Shown here piece after piece: positions 26,801 through 38,251 of a DNA stretch of 64,000 nt (position 1 is the first letter of the stretch; each line of letters opens with the position of its first letter). The notes below the pieces were generated by a model. The model was not told the DNA's origin and ran no database searches. It worked only from the letters and a program-made list of their open reading frames with translations. Source of the DNA: Entomortierella parvispora E1425 (taxonomy: Eukaryota; Fungi; Mortierellomycota); the NCBI GenBank assembly GCA_020891255.1, contig BQFW01000005.1:496001-560000 (forward strand), read 5' to 3'. Both the position numbers and the translations under genes were made by a program.

Positions 26801-29261
26801 CAAACCCAAAGAAGTAGCCTTGCTAGATGTCCGAAGGGCGACGAACGTATCCATCGGACTCTCTCGGTTAATGAAACGCTACGAGTCGTTCGAGTCCCTC
26901 AGGTCCATGATTCTGTCATTAGAAATTGATCTGGTGTCCCAAATCCCAGCACCAGCCTTTCAAAGTAACATTTCCGACCGATCTGCGTCCACTTCGAGCC
27001 CAGCGTTTGCCTCTTTGTCATATCCAGTGAAACGAGGCAACGATATGAGTGTTCTGGGTCATAGAAGAAACGCCAGCGCAGCAAGTCTCGGTTCATTAAG
27101 CAGAATGCCCATGGCCATACGACCCAGTGGTCCACCCCTCATATCCTCTGCGCGATCCTCAGTAATGATTACCAGGTCCTCATCCGCATCTGCAATGTCC
27201 CGTGGATTGGAGGAGGCTGCTTCCCAATCTGTACCCGATCTGTCCAGTCTTGTCTCCTCCTTTTCAGGCCTGACGTTGAGATCGCCTCCACTTTCTACAA
27301 CCTCTTCAGCATTTTCGGCTCATCCTCTGTTTGCCTCTCGCCCGACCTCTCCTACCCTGTCGGCCACAGATACCAACGGCTCACTGTTTACGTCGCGATC
27401 AGAAACGCCTATTGTTTACCAGCAGCATCTCTCATTGGAGGACCTATTGACTTTGGAGCCTCTTTTGCCAACAGATAAGGAGCGCACCATGCTGGAGGTC
27501 TACCAACGCCAGAACAAGGCCGAATTCTTAGCAAATGAGACGGACGCCGTCCAAAAGCTGGGTCTGTCGGAGAGGTTTATGTATGCGATGAGCAAGCCCA
27601 TCTTCTCGCCGCCCCCAGTGCAACCACCATCAAGGCCTGAAAGTCCAGTGGCTCATAAGAAGGTTGGATCCGGTGTCTTTCAGTTGGCCAGGTCGGCAGG
27701 CAAACTTGGACTGACTAACTTGTCCTCCTCCGACGAAGATGCGCTCAAGATGGACGACTATTTGTTTGCGTCGATTTGCATGCTCCGATTTGATTCTGAT
27801 CTAACGTCGACAGAGTCGCAGATTCAGGAACTTATTGAAGGATGCGATGCTCTGCGGATGAACGAAAACCTAAAAACTCTTTTCCTTGGTGTCTTGAAGG
27901 TTGGCAATTTGCTCAACACCGTATATGGCCGCAAGAGATCGTCATGGCACCATCCACAGACGCCTCTGGCCCCGCAATCTCAGATGCCCCTGCGCTCGAC
28001 TCTGACGGCTGCAAAGTCAATGCCGAATCTCTCGCGTGAATACGCTCAATCGGCATCAGATTCAGCAAATGGATCAGGTCCCCCTCCTCCTCCGCCACCG
28101 CCACCACCAGTCAAAATGACACCTGGTGTCATCCCTCCTCCTCCACCACCTCCACCAGTCCGACTTCCAGGAACTGCAGGCCCACCTCCGCCACCACCTC
28201 CTCCACCTCCAAGCCCACTTCCTGGAGCGATTAATGCAATGTCGTCGACGCCTGGCCCAGCAGAAAAAGGCGCATCCCCATCTTCCCAAAGCTCTCCACA
28301 TCTTCCTGGAGGTCATTTGCACTCGCCACAGCAGCAGGGAGCAGCAGGATTCCGGCTACACAGTCTTTTGAAGCTCAGAGATGTGCGCAGTCTGGACAAC
28401 AAATCCAACTTGATGCACTACCTTGCGACCATGGTTGCAAACAATAACCCCGAGTTGCTGGACTTGCCGGAACAGTTTGGGTTCTTGGCTAAACTGGAGC
28501 AATACCGAACCAAAGAAATTCTGGATCAGGTCTTGGAGCATCAAAAGGCGATCCAAAAGCTCACTGATTTTCGATCAAAGCTGGAGGCGAAAATAGAGTC
28601 GATGAAGGAATCGATGCGAACAGCTAAGAAGGCGGACATTGGAACTCTTGAAGAGAACGAAGACGAGGGCGAGGACGCAAATGACAATAACGTCGATGGA
28701 ATCTTGAGTGACGATGAGGAGAGTGAAGAGATGGTGACAGCTAGACGTGTTGTGAGCAAGCTGGAAAGGTTCTTGACGGAAGCCCAGACTCGATACGATC
28801 GTCTTGTGGACTTGGTAGCCACTTTGGATAAGAGCTGGCGATCCACCGCCAGCTACTTTGGCGAAAAATCTGCTGGAGACCCTCGTCCACCCTCAGGTCC
28901 CAACAACACTGAGAGTGGTGATGATTCAGCAGCAAACTTGCAAATGCAGCAGCAACAGATGGTCACCAGTATGACCTCAAGCCCTCGCAAGCCCCCAGAG
29001 GAGATCTTTTCGGTCCTACACGAATTTTTCCGACACTTTCGAGAGGCTCATCTCCAGAACGAGGATATTTTGATTCGTGAGAAGCGTCAGGCTGCCATGG
29101 CGAAACGGATGGCGGCCTCCTCGCCTACTCCAAGAGGATCCGCGTTTAGGAGGACACCGACCCCAGCTCTGACTGATGGCAATGGCTCGACTGCGCCTAG
29201 CACACCATCGTCTACCATGTCTCCTGCCCCCTACCTGTCTTCTTTCTCCAAACTGCCTTAA
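23864..29261 (+). CDS. Formin-like protein: FH1 poly-Pro repeats plus an FH2 domain fragmented by long insertions (introns near 26570-26653 and 26723-26797)
   Basis: FH1 repeats PPPPPPFV(R/K)AEAKP; FH2 motifs LRWDAL...HTVF, FE|ELF, LLDVRRATNVSIGL, LSERFM, LKVGNLLN, AGFRLHSLLKLRDV, NLMHYL, YFGE, EEIFSVLHEFFRHF. The start ATG at 23864 is inferred. Confidence 0.85.
25600..25975 (+). repeat. Coding tandem repeat, ~60-nt unit (FH1 region)
   Basis: About six units of IP(L/P)PPPPPPFV(R/K)AEAKPxGGSx. Confidence 0.85.
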
Positions 29262-29503
29262 TACGAGATTACTGATATCTGAAGATTTTTTGCTTTTTCT
29301 CGACTCTTTTTTTTTTTCCCCTCTCTTTTTCCTCCTCCCGTTTTCTCTTGTACTTTTTTTCTTTTACCCCTTCCTCATTCATTCATGATTTGTATCCACA
29401 CCTTCCATATCATCCGTTCGCTTGTACTATACACTAATAAAAACCATCGACCCACCCTTCAGAACTTTTTACTTTTGCACCCGTCAATTCACTTTTTTTT
29501 TTA

Positions 29504-31082
29504 TTAATCCAAACGTTGACGCTTACGCGACAATTCTCCCAAGGTCTCTTTCTCCTGGACAGCTATCTTCTCATGCAAGTAAGGTCTCTTTCCTTCTCCA
29601 GCACCATAGTCAGCAGAGGCATGTCCGTTTCCATGCAATTGGTACTTGTAAATCACCAAACCCTCCAACCCAACAGGCCCACGGGCATGCGTCTTGTTGG
29701 TGCTGACACCGACCTCTGCACCGAATCCATAACGGAAACCATCCGCGAATCGGGTGCTGGCATTCCAATAAACGCCCGCTGCATCCACGCCAGCCATAAA
29801 CTGTTTGGCCTCCTTCTCTGACTCTGTCAAGATGGCATCTGTATGTTTGCTTCCGTGTTCATTGATATGCTCCATGGCCGCCTCTACCGAATCCACGACC
29901 TTGACTGCCAAAGTGAGTTCCAAGAATTCGGTATCATAGTCTTCATCGTTGCTGGCCTGGATCTTGTCCGAATGCTCCTTGAAGAGCGCAGACGCGTTCA
30001 AGTTCTCCAATGAACGCGCGTCGCATTTGAGGGTGACGTTGTTCTCGACCAAGATCTGCGCCAATTGCTGAAAGAAATCCGTGTCGAGATGGGAGCTGTG
30101 CACGAGAAGCGTCTCGGTCGAGTTGCAGGCGGCAGGGTAGGTCGTCTTGGCATCCACTACGACCTTTTTAGCCAAGTCCAGTTTTGCAGAGGCTGCTACA
30201 TACGTCGAACACAGTCCATCCGCATGTCCAAGCACAGGGATTCTAATAGTTTGTAGGGAAAAAAAGGGATATCAGTCAACGTGGGAGGGTCGAAGTGGGA
30301 TCATGTTCCATCCATCCCATCCTTCCTTCCTTCCTTCCTTCCTCCCTTCCTTTGAATCTCTCCTACCTGGTGTTCCATTGGATATACTTGACAAGAGCAT
30401 TGCTTCCTCTGGGAATGACCAAGTCAATATATTTGTCCTGCTTCAACAAGCCATCGATATCCTGTCTTGATTCCACAATCTGCACTGCATCTTGCAACTG
30501 GATCGCCTTCTTTGAACCCTCCTTTGTCTCGGCTTCTGAATCTGCCTCCTCATCTCCCAAGACAGCGTCCTCCAAAGCTTCTCGGATCGCCTTTGAGATG
30601 GCAGAGCAAGTATGAAAACTCTCTTTGCCACCTTTCAAAATCGCCGCATTTCCAGACTTGATCGCCAACGCCGCAATATTCACCACGACCTCAGGTCTCG
30701 CCTCAAAGATCACCAACAAGACGCCGACAGGGCAGCTGACTCTATACAACTCCAATCCGTTGTCGAGTTTCGTGGCCGCCTGGACTTTGCCGGCAGGGTC
30801 TTCCAATTGATCAATGTCCAAGATGCCCTGGAGCATAGTCTCGAATTTCCCGGGGCCTTCCAGATCCAGACGTTTGTAAAGCGACGACGACAACTTGCCG
30901 GCTTGGACTTGTTCGAGAGCGAGATCCTTGTCGGTCTTGTTGGCGAGGAGGATGTCGGGTTTGGCCGAGGCGAGTTTGGAGTGGATCAGGTTCAGGGCTT
31001 TTGATTTCTGAGCCGTGGAGATGGTCTGCAGGATATTGGCGGCCTGGCGGGCGTTGCACGCGATCTGGGTGATAGCGTCCAT
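29504..31082 (-). CDS. PRO2: Gamma-glutamyl phosphate reductase (glutamate-5-semialdehyde dehydrogenase), two exons
   Basis: PVGVLLVIFEARPEV, LKGGKES, DLVIPRGSNALV, AACNSTETLLVH, NASTRFADGFRYGFGAEVGVST, RGPVGLEGL. Confidence 0.97.
30310..30350. repeat. (TTCC)n/(CATC)n microsatellite within the PRO2 intron
   Basis: Direct reading. Confidence 0.7.
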
Positions 31083-32375
31083 TGTGATGTGTTCGAAGTA
31101 CAAGGGAAGGGGGTAACAAAGAGAGGGAAGGAAGGAATGAGAAGAATGAGAAGAAGGGAATGAGAACAAGATGCAAAAGGAGAGAAAGGAATCTCAAAAG
31201 CAAGAAAGAAAGAAGTGGCACACCCCAAATCCGCAGGGGAGAGATTGATCAGTGATTTTGACTCACACGTGTCACGTGCAGGTGAGGTGTGCCTCCATGG
31301 TTGTGTGTGTGAATGCTTGCCTGCTCTCTGTCTTTCTCCTCTTTTCTCTCTCTCTCTTTCTTTCTCTTACTCTCTCTTCTTGCTAACAACTGCTCCAGGT
31401 TGACAAAGGTCTTTCTTACAGAAGTGCACTATCACTGTGCACTGTCAGGCTCAGCTCAGTCCAAGAATGATGGATGATAATAATTTCAGACTCCCTTCCC
31501 CCTTCAGGAACGCGTCTTTGGTTCATCGAGAACCACTCGCAACACGCGACGATGCAACGGCCCTTCCCTTTTCACTCCTTTACATCCCCTTCCATTCCTT
31601 CCCCTTCTTTTTGTGCCCCCAATCACCTACCAACAACAACAACCAGCAACCTTCCCGTAGATAGTCCATTGGCCCCCTTCAATCGATACAAACACACAGA
31701 CCATTCAGAAAGCGACCAAAGCCCTTGCCCCCAACTGCTCTTTACCCACGCCATCGTCCTCTCCTTGTCCTCCGTTCGTCCCTTTTGCTGACAGAACAGA
31801 ATCGGATCGACTTCAACGCCCAGCCCCAGTTCCCACACTAGCGTGCGGTTTTATCCCAAATCTTACCTACAGTACTCTGTCTCCTTGTGTGTGCGTGTGT
31901 TGACGACATTAAACAACACCTCCTCGAATCTCCAAAGGGGGATCTCGCTCAGTAGCTCTTCTCTCTCTGTCTGTCTGCTGGTCTTTCTCTTTCTCTACTG
32001 TCAAGTTTACGGCCGGCTGTACCCATCCATTTCTTCTTTCCTTCCCTCTCTTTTTTTTCTCTCTCACTCTCTCTTCTCCCTTCTCCCTCCTTTTACTCTC
32101 TTTTTTTTCTCTCTCTCTTTCTTCTCCCTTCTCCTGCTTGTCTCCTCCCATTTATTTTTTCATTTTTTGCACGTCTCCCGCACGGCATCCTGCATTCCTG
32201 CCGCGTTGCTGTCCCCCTTGACGGCCAACATCCGCTTCCACAAAGAAAGATAAAAAGACCTGGAAATAGCCCCATCGAAAGTCCTGTCGATCATACACCA
32301 ACCTAACGGAGGCCTCTTTGCTCTGAAACTCCGTTTCTTGTTTCCCTTTTGAAAAAGAATAAGAGAGAACTATCA

Positions 32376-34223
32376 ATGAGGTCCCCACTTTCTCACATCT
32401 TGCTTCTCTGGCAAGCCATTCGCCAAACTGCCATGTTTCCCAACCTCCCTCCTGCTGAGCTCGGTCTTCCCGTGCGTGTCATCCCCCCTTCGACCCAACT
32501 TCTCGCCCCCACACCCCCCATGGGCTACAACAATTGGGCCCGATATGAGTGTAATCTAGACGAAAAGCTGTTTACAGACACGGCCGATTGGATGGTCGCT
32601 CATGGTCTCCTCGCGGCTGGATACGATACCATCACGGTGGACGATTGTTGGATGACCATGGACCGTGACCCCGTCACCAAGGCCTTGGTTGTGAACACGA
32701 CCTTGTTCCCGCAAGGAATGGGCTGGCTCGGGCAATATTTCCATCGACGTGGGTTCAAATTTGGCATTTATGAAGACGCGGGTGAGAAGACCTGTGGGGG
32801 TTACCCAGGTAGTTTGGGTCATTTTGACCAGGACATTGCTCAATTTGTGGCATGGGAAGTCGACTATATCAAACTGGACGGCTGTTATATCTACAGAAAC
32901 GAATCCTTGCCCGAGAGTGAGACTTTGGAACCCACCTTCCGACAGCTATACGAAGGGTTTGGCGAGGCGCTTCGAGCCCAACCGCGGCCCATAGTCTATT
33001 CCGAATCTGCACCTGCCTATTTCGCAGGACTGTCTGCAGGCACGGGCGATCGCGTTGGGCGAGATTGGTACAAGGTCATGACCTGGGTCGGTCGCTTTGG
33101 TCAGCTCTGGCGACACTCGACCGATATCGCTGTTTACAAAAAGGATGGCCAGAGTCGGTGGCCGAGTGTCATGACCAACTATAGGTTCAATATCCGGTTG
33201 GCGCGCTTTCAAAAACCGGGCAACTGGAACGATCCCGACTTTATCATCACGGGCGACGATGTGGGCTTGACGATCGAGGAGCAGAAATCTCAGTTTGCTC
33301 TGTGGACCATCATGGCCTCCCCCTTGATCTTGAGTACGAACGTTAAGGATCTCACTTTCGAACAGATCGCCTTCCTGACCAACAAGGAGATCATTGGCAT
33401 CAACCAAGACCCCGTCGGCATCCAGGGGCGCATCGCCTGGAGGACCGAACTCAGTGACGTTCTCGTTAAACCTTTGCAGGACCCCACCGTCCGTGCGGCC
33501 GCCGTTTTGAACAAACAACATTCTGTGGCGAACGTGACCGTGTCGTTTGCTAGACTTGGTTACACATTCCCTCTTTCCTCCCAGGGTTGCCAATATCTTG
33601 TTCGGGAGCTATTCTCGCAGTCAGAGGAGACACTGACTGTCTACAACCCTCGCAATGAGACCATTACCAGTCTTTTGCGTCCCCATGCCACAGCCTTGTT
33701 CAAGATCACATCCATGTCCAACTCTGCGTCCTGTCGTGCAAGTATGCCCACGGGAAGCATCTACTTGACCTCGTCCTTGTTGTGCCTGGACGTTTTCAAC
33801 TCTGAGACAACCCCAGGAACCCCTGCCCTCGCTTTTCCGTGCACGGACAATGACAATCAGCTCTGGCAAACGTCTTCCGTCCCACCTCCCTTCACCTCCA
33901 CCCCCGAAATTGCAGCTTTCCCAGACCCAAAAACTTTACTGTGGATCAAGACCTTGGACAACTTGTGCCTTGATACAGAGCTGACAGTCTCTATTCCTGT
34001 CCCAGGCTCCCAGGTGGTCGTGAACCCTTGCGATGTGTCTCGGGAAACACAGCAATGGACATATGATCCCATGCAGGGCACCCTGTTCCACGCTTCCTCT
34101 GGTTTCTGTGTCGACGCCCCCGGGGCCACGACAGTGACCTCAGTGGAGGACCCATTAATTGCTCTGCGCCTTTGGAAGTGTGGCGAGCAAAAAGACAGCC
34201 AGGTCTGGTCCATGCCTGCCTAG
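32376..34223 (+). CDS. GH27 alpha-galactosidase / alpha-N-acetylgalactosaminidase with C-terminal ricin-B lectin (CBM13) domain; intronless
   Basis: TPPMGYNNW, DDCW, YIKLDGC (nucleophile), SESAPAYF, WRHSTDI, WNDPDF; QxW ricin repeats (CLDV..C..NQLW, CLD...C...QQW, CVD...C...SQVW). Architecture matches Aspergillus AglA and actinobacterial GH27-ricin enzymes. Confidence 0.92.
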   Translation: MRSPLSHILLLWQAIRQTAMFPNLPPAELGLPVRVIPPSTQLLAPTPPMGYNNWARYECNLDEKLFTDTADWMVAHGLLAAGYDTITVDDCWMTMDRDPVTKALVVNTTLFPQGMGWLGQYFHRRGFKFGIYEDAGEKTCGGYPGSLGHFDQDIAQFVAWEVDYIKLDGCYIYRNESLPESETLEPTFRQLYEGFGEALRAQPRPIVYSESAPAYFAGLSAGTGDRVGRDWYKVMTWVGRFGQLWRHSTDIAVYKKDGQSRWPSVMTNYRFNIRLARFQKPGNWNDPDFIITGDDVGLTIEEQKSQFALWTIMASPLILSTNVKDLTFEQIAFLTNKEIIGINQDPVGIQGRIAWRTELSDVLVKPLQDPTVRAAAVLNKQHSVANVTVSFARLGYTFPLSSQGCQYLVRELFSQSEETLTVYNPRNETITSLLRPHATALFKITSMSNSASCRASMPTGSIYLTSSLLCLDVFNSETTPGTPALAFPCTDNDNQLWQTSSVPPPFTSTPEIAAFPDPKTLLWIKTLDNLCLDTELTVSIPVPGSQVVVNPCDVSRETQQWTYDPMQGTLFHASSGFCVDAPGATTVTSVEDPLIALRLWKCGEQKDSQVWSMPA

Positions 34224-34381
34224 GCTTCTTTGATTCATTCAACTATCTTTCAAATCTACATCTCAAAAAACACAAACTTTTATCTTTGTCACCATTAAAA
34301 AAGAACAGGTCATTCCCCCAATGGTCCTTTGCAAGTGGTTTTAAAGTAGTTTTTTTTTTAGGATGGCTTTCTAGTAGGGTC

Positions 34382-36093
34382 CTAGTCTTCAGCCCACTTG
34401 AGGCTTCCGAGCCACCAAAACTTCTTGGGTATCCTTCCTGGACAAGGAGACAACACCGTCAACTTTTTACGGGCCTCATGGACTTCAGATACATAGATGA
34501 ATCCCGCCAAGTTGGTCTCCAAGATCTCGGGTTCCTGCATCTTGTCTGCGTTGGAAACCGCCAAGACCGAGTGCAATAGGTGCTCGCCTGGCTCCACCTT
34601 GACCACATGGGTTTCGCTCACTTTACGATCTTCTCCAATGGGCAAAGCTGAAGACGGCGCAAGAGATCCCTCGCCTACACGGAGAATCTCCACGTCGTGA
34701 TAGTTGATCATGGTCGAGTAGGGCGCCAACTCGGATTTGGCCGTTCCATAGAAATATTCTCTGATCTTTTGGTTCTGAGTCAGACGACGGAAGGAAGAGT
34801 CTCTTTCAACAACGCCTCCGGATTTGGCGAGTTTGACGACAGACACGCCTGGTTTTTGATGTAATCGAGTCATGTCACTGAAGAGCCTCTCGTGTCCTAA
34901 TACGATAATGACATCCACTAATAACGAAAGAGAAAAGAGGAGCCCATAGTCAGTCAACAGCATCCCACTAACCTATGACCAGTATAATCTAGGGCTCAAT
35001 AAATTACACCCACCTGCAAACTCCTTGATACAATTGGCAATGATCTCATATCCCGTTGCGTCAATCAATCCATTCGTGTCAATCACAATTCCAGACTTTT
35101 TCGCTATTGTCCGTTCAAAGAAAGGAAATGGGCGCCTGTTAGGAAAACTGTGGCTCAAATGTCGTAGAGGCATGCCTATATAGCCTCTAGTCAAAGTCCT
35201 ACCAGCCTCGTCCTCGTCCAAACGTCTCTTGACAGACTTTGCCAATCTTGCGAGTAAAACATTGTAGAGCTTGGTATTGTCCTTAGGCGAAGGGAATCCA
35301 TAGTAATAAGCTAATGGCATAACGGCTGATCCGGCTGTAGGTGCTGAGGTAGCTGATGATCCAAAGCCCTCCTCCACGTCAATCATTTCTGTGAGGGGAG
35401 TCGCTGTCAAGCATCCAGGCATTGTGATGGATCCCTACAAGCAACATGAAGAATATTGATAAAACATGTCAACCACCGATGAGATCTGCATTACCCTATG
35501 ACCAACGGACCTTACGACACTGTATCCATCTTTACCTCACTGCAGTCCAGGTCAACATAGATTGGCTGTCTAGATTGACGCAGTCCATAGCTCAGGAGCA
35601 TCTTTGAAAGAGATGTCTTTCCGACATCGTTGGGTCCAACAATTAATACCCGAGGTCCTTGCCCATTGTTGTTGCCTTGAGAAGCCAAGACTCTTCTTTG
35701 TTCCAAAGCCAGATGCATGTTGAGGTAGCTGACCATAGGTGTCTCTGCGGCGAAATATTCAACGCTGCAGGTACCAGTGACAAGAAGCTTGCATCCATGC
35801 CATGTAAAGATAGCAATCTTTCTCCCAGAGAACTCGTAGTCCACATTCTGTCCAAGCTCTGTTCCAAAGATCTCGGCTGTTCCTGTGACGAGCTAGAGGA
35901 ATAAATGATAACAAAAGGACATTGAGATTCGTGCCAGGGGAACAAAGGAATAATACACCCAGAGGACAAAGGTCGAGAGATATCAAACCATCTTCCTTAC
36001 GCGCAGTTTGACTTTTGTATCAAAGTCGATTTCAATACGGAGTTCATTCTCCTCGTCGAGAATCCATTCCTTGGGCTCGGGTGTTTGTGCCAT
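34382..36093 (-). CDS. CLP1: mRNA cleavage/polyadenylation factor, polynucleotide 5'-kinase Clp1 (multi-exon)
   Basis: ELRIEID, AIFTWHGC, ETPMVSYLN, GPNDVGKTSL, PLAYYYG, GIVIDTNG, VLGHERL, KSGGVVER, APSSALPIG, LSPCPGRIP. Confidence 0.95.
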
Positions 36094-36528
36094 GCTCATA
36101 AGTCTACTTCAACATGAACCGTTGAAAAAAAAATAGTCAGCATCCTCCATCTGTTGGAATTCAACGAGCTGTCCGGGCTGGCAATGTCTTTTGCCATTGT
36201 CTGCAATGTACCGTTGCTGTTGGTGAATCCGTCCTTGCTCCTGCTCCTGTCCTTTCTACTTGTCCGTGGCAATGTCGTGCTGAGTGGATGCAAACTTCCT
36301 CGCCACAAAGGCATCCTTGAGAAAAGTGGGCAGATCAGAAGCACAGTCACACTTTTGCTGAGAATGTGCCCCATGGCGGCCCTTAACGGAAAAAACGAAG
36401 CGCGCGCGCCCCTGACGCCTTTGGCCTGTCCTTTCCTGCCCTCCTTTTGTCCCTTGCTCTGCCTCCTTCCTTTCCGCATCCTTCCTTCCACCTTCAGGAT
36501 TCAAAGAACAAGGACAAGAAGTCAACAG

Positions 36529-38181
36529 ATGCCTCGACTCAGGACCAAAATAAAGCACCTTCTCATCCTGCTCTTTCTTGGCTATGGCTACTCGGTCTGG
36601 CTCCTTCACAAATCGGCCAAAAAGCCCGCTCGACATGTCTCTTCCAAATTCAGTGTCCAGCCTCGTGAAGCCGATCCAACCCTGAAAAAGTTCATCAAGA
36701 AGCTACCACTCAAAGAGCGGTTCGAGATTGAACGACGCCACATTGGATACAACCTCAAGCTCGACCAGAAGGATGCCTTTGACTTTTCATCATGCGGCAT
36801 GTGGCCAGCCCAATATCTAAAGAACAAACAGAATCAGGCACCAAAGTCCAATAACCAAGCAGGGCAACAGATTGCAGCAGACTACTCGACACGAAGGATG
36901 ATCGTCCATAGCTGTGGTGGAGCAGGACGCGAGGATGAGGATGGTATCCTCATTCAGGAAGAGCCGTGTGGTCAAATATCGGATCGGCTATTGAGCACAG
37001 TCAGCTTGTTTGTCTATGGACTGTTGACAGATCGCGAGTTTTTTATTGACTGGCATGGACACCCTCTCCGATCTCTACTTCGGACACCTTTCATGAACCT
37101 GAGCCCTCCACCAGATCCCCCATCACCCAAGGATGCAAAGAAAGCCTCAAATGGCCAGTCTTGGGATCCAGTGTCCGTATCTCTCCAAGACTGGGAAGCT
37201 GAAGAGTTGGATGCTACTTTCAGGATCCAATCCACCAGTGTCTATCTAGATACTCGTAAGAGTGTCCTACGAGGCGAGTCTTATGGACCTCAATCACAGC
37301 AGCAACCAAGTCAGCATGTTGTAAGGACAAGGGATCAGATCATGACAGCTCCTCAGCTCAGAGTACAGTTGAATCGAGGACTCGCCCAGCGATTTCTCAC
37401 AGATCCCTCTTATGCAGACCAGCTCGAGAGCATAGGGCTTCGACAGCACAACGCCTACGAATGTGTCCTTTCTTTTCTATTTCGACCTACTCAGAGCATA
37501 CAAGAGATGATCCATCAATATCGGGCCGTATTTAAGACGCCAGGAGTCGTCACAGTGGGAATTCATCTCCCTTCCAGGATTGAACATGTGCATTCACTAC
37601 AGCGATCACAGAAAAGTCGGCTTGATCTCGCTGATTTCGAACAGTCTATACCTTGTGCACAGGAACTATCCCAAGCTATAAGCAAGAAGAACCAGAGCCC
37701 CGGCATAAGGTTTCTTTACGTGATCCTCACAGATACTGAGCATATTCGGCAACAGGTTCAGGATCAATACGGTCAACATCTAGACCTCATCTTCCCACCA
37801 TTGTCTTATCAGCTGCATCAGCTCTCTCTGCAAGGCAACAATGAGGACGAGAATGATAAATTCAAGAGACGGGATGTTACTTACCAGCATGGAGATGGGC
37901 AAGAGTACCATGAGAACGAGAATGAAGAATCAACCCTCCTGCAAAGCTATCTCTTCTCTGAAACGGACTATCAAATCGTCACAGCCACAGGGTTTAGCAA
38001 ACTGGCGCTTTTCAGGAAGGGTGTTGCAGGTCGAAGGACGGCAGTCTTGATGCCATCAAATGATGAAGCAGAACTTTTCAAAGAGGGTAGCAAGAATGGG
38101 ATTCGATTGCCAAAGTGTTCCCGGCTAGAGGATGCTATCGCGCCCTGGGATCTTATCGCGTCCTTTGGGTCTCTTGGGTAA
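36529..38181 (+). CDS. Type II membrane glycosyltransferase-like protein, fucosyltransferase-like (GT-B)
   Basis: Short N-terminal tail and single TM (HLLILLFLGYGYSVWLL); GQISDRLLSTVSLFVYGLLTDREFFIDW, VTVGIHL, FLYVILTD, ESTLLQSYLFSETDYQIVTATGFSKLA follow the motif order of alpha-1,2/1,6-fucosyltransferase folds. Confidence 0.6.
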   Translation: MPRLRTKIKHLLILLFLGYGYSVWLLHKSAKKPARHVSSKFSVQPREADPTLKKFIKKLPLKERFEIERRHIGYNLKLDQKDAFDFSSCGMWPAQYLKNKQNQAPKSNNQAGQQIAADYSTRRMIVHSCGGAGREDEDGILIQEEPCGQISDRLLSTVSLFVYGLLTDREFFIDWHGHPLRSLLRTPFMNLSPPPDPPSPKDAKKASNGQSWDPVSVSLQDWEAEELDATFRIQSTSVYLDTRKSVLRGESYGPQSQQQPSQHVVRTRDQIMTAPQLRVQLNRGLAQRFLTDPSYADQLESIGLRQHNAYECVLSFLFRPTQSIQEMIHQYRAVFKTPGVVTVGIHLPSRIEHVHSLQRSQKSRLDLADFEQSIPCAQELSQAISKKNQSPGIRFLYVILTDTEHIRQQVQDQYGQHLDLIFPPLSYQLHQLSLQGNNEDENDKFKRRDVTYQHGDGQEYHENENEESTLLQSYLFSETDYQIVTATGFSKLALFRKGVAGRRTAVLMPSNDEAELFKEGSKNGIRLPKCSRLEDAIAPWDLIASFGSLG

Positions 38182-38251
38182 ACGCTTTTGAAAACAAAAT
38201 AAAAAAAAAGAAAAACAGAAAAAAACTGTCCAGGGGGCAAAATGAGCAACT

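Noticed and set aside
36154-36528. 125-aa N-terminal extension of the glycosyltransferase ORF
   Set aside because: Starts at a non-ATG codon and spans the divergent promoter shared with CLP1; the ATG at 36529 gives a normal type II membrane topology.
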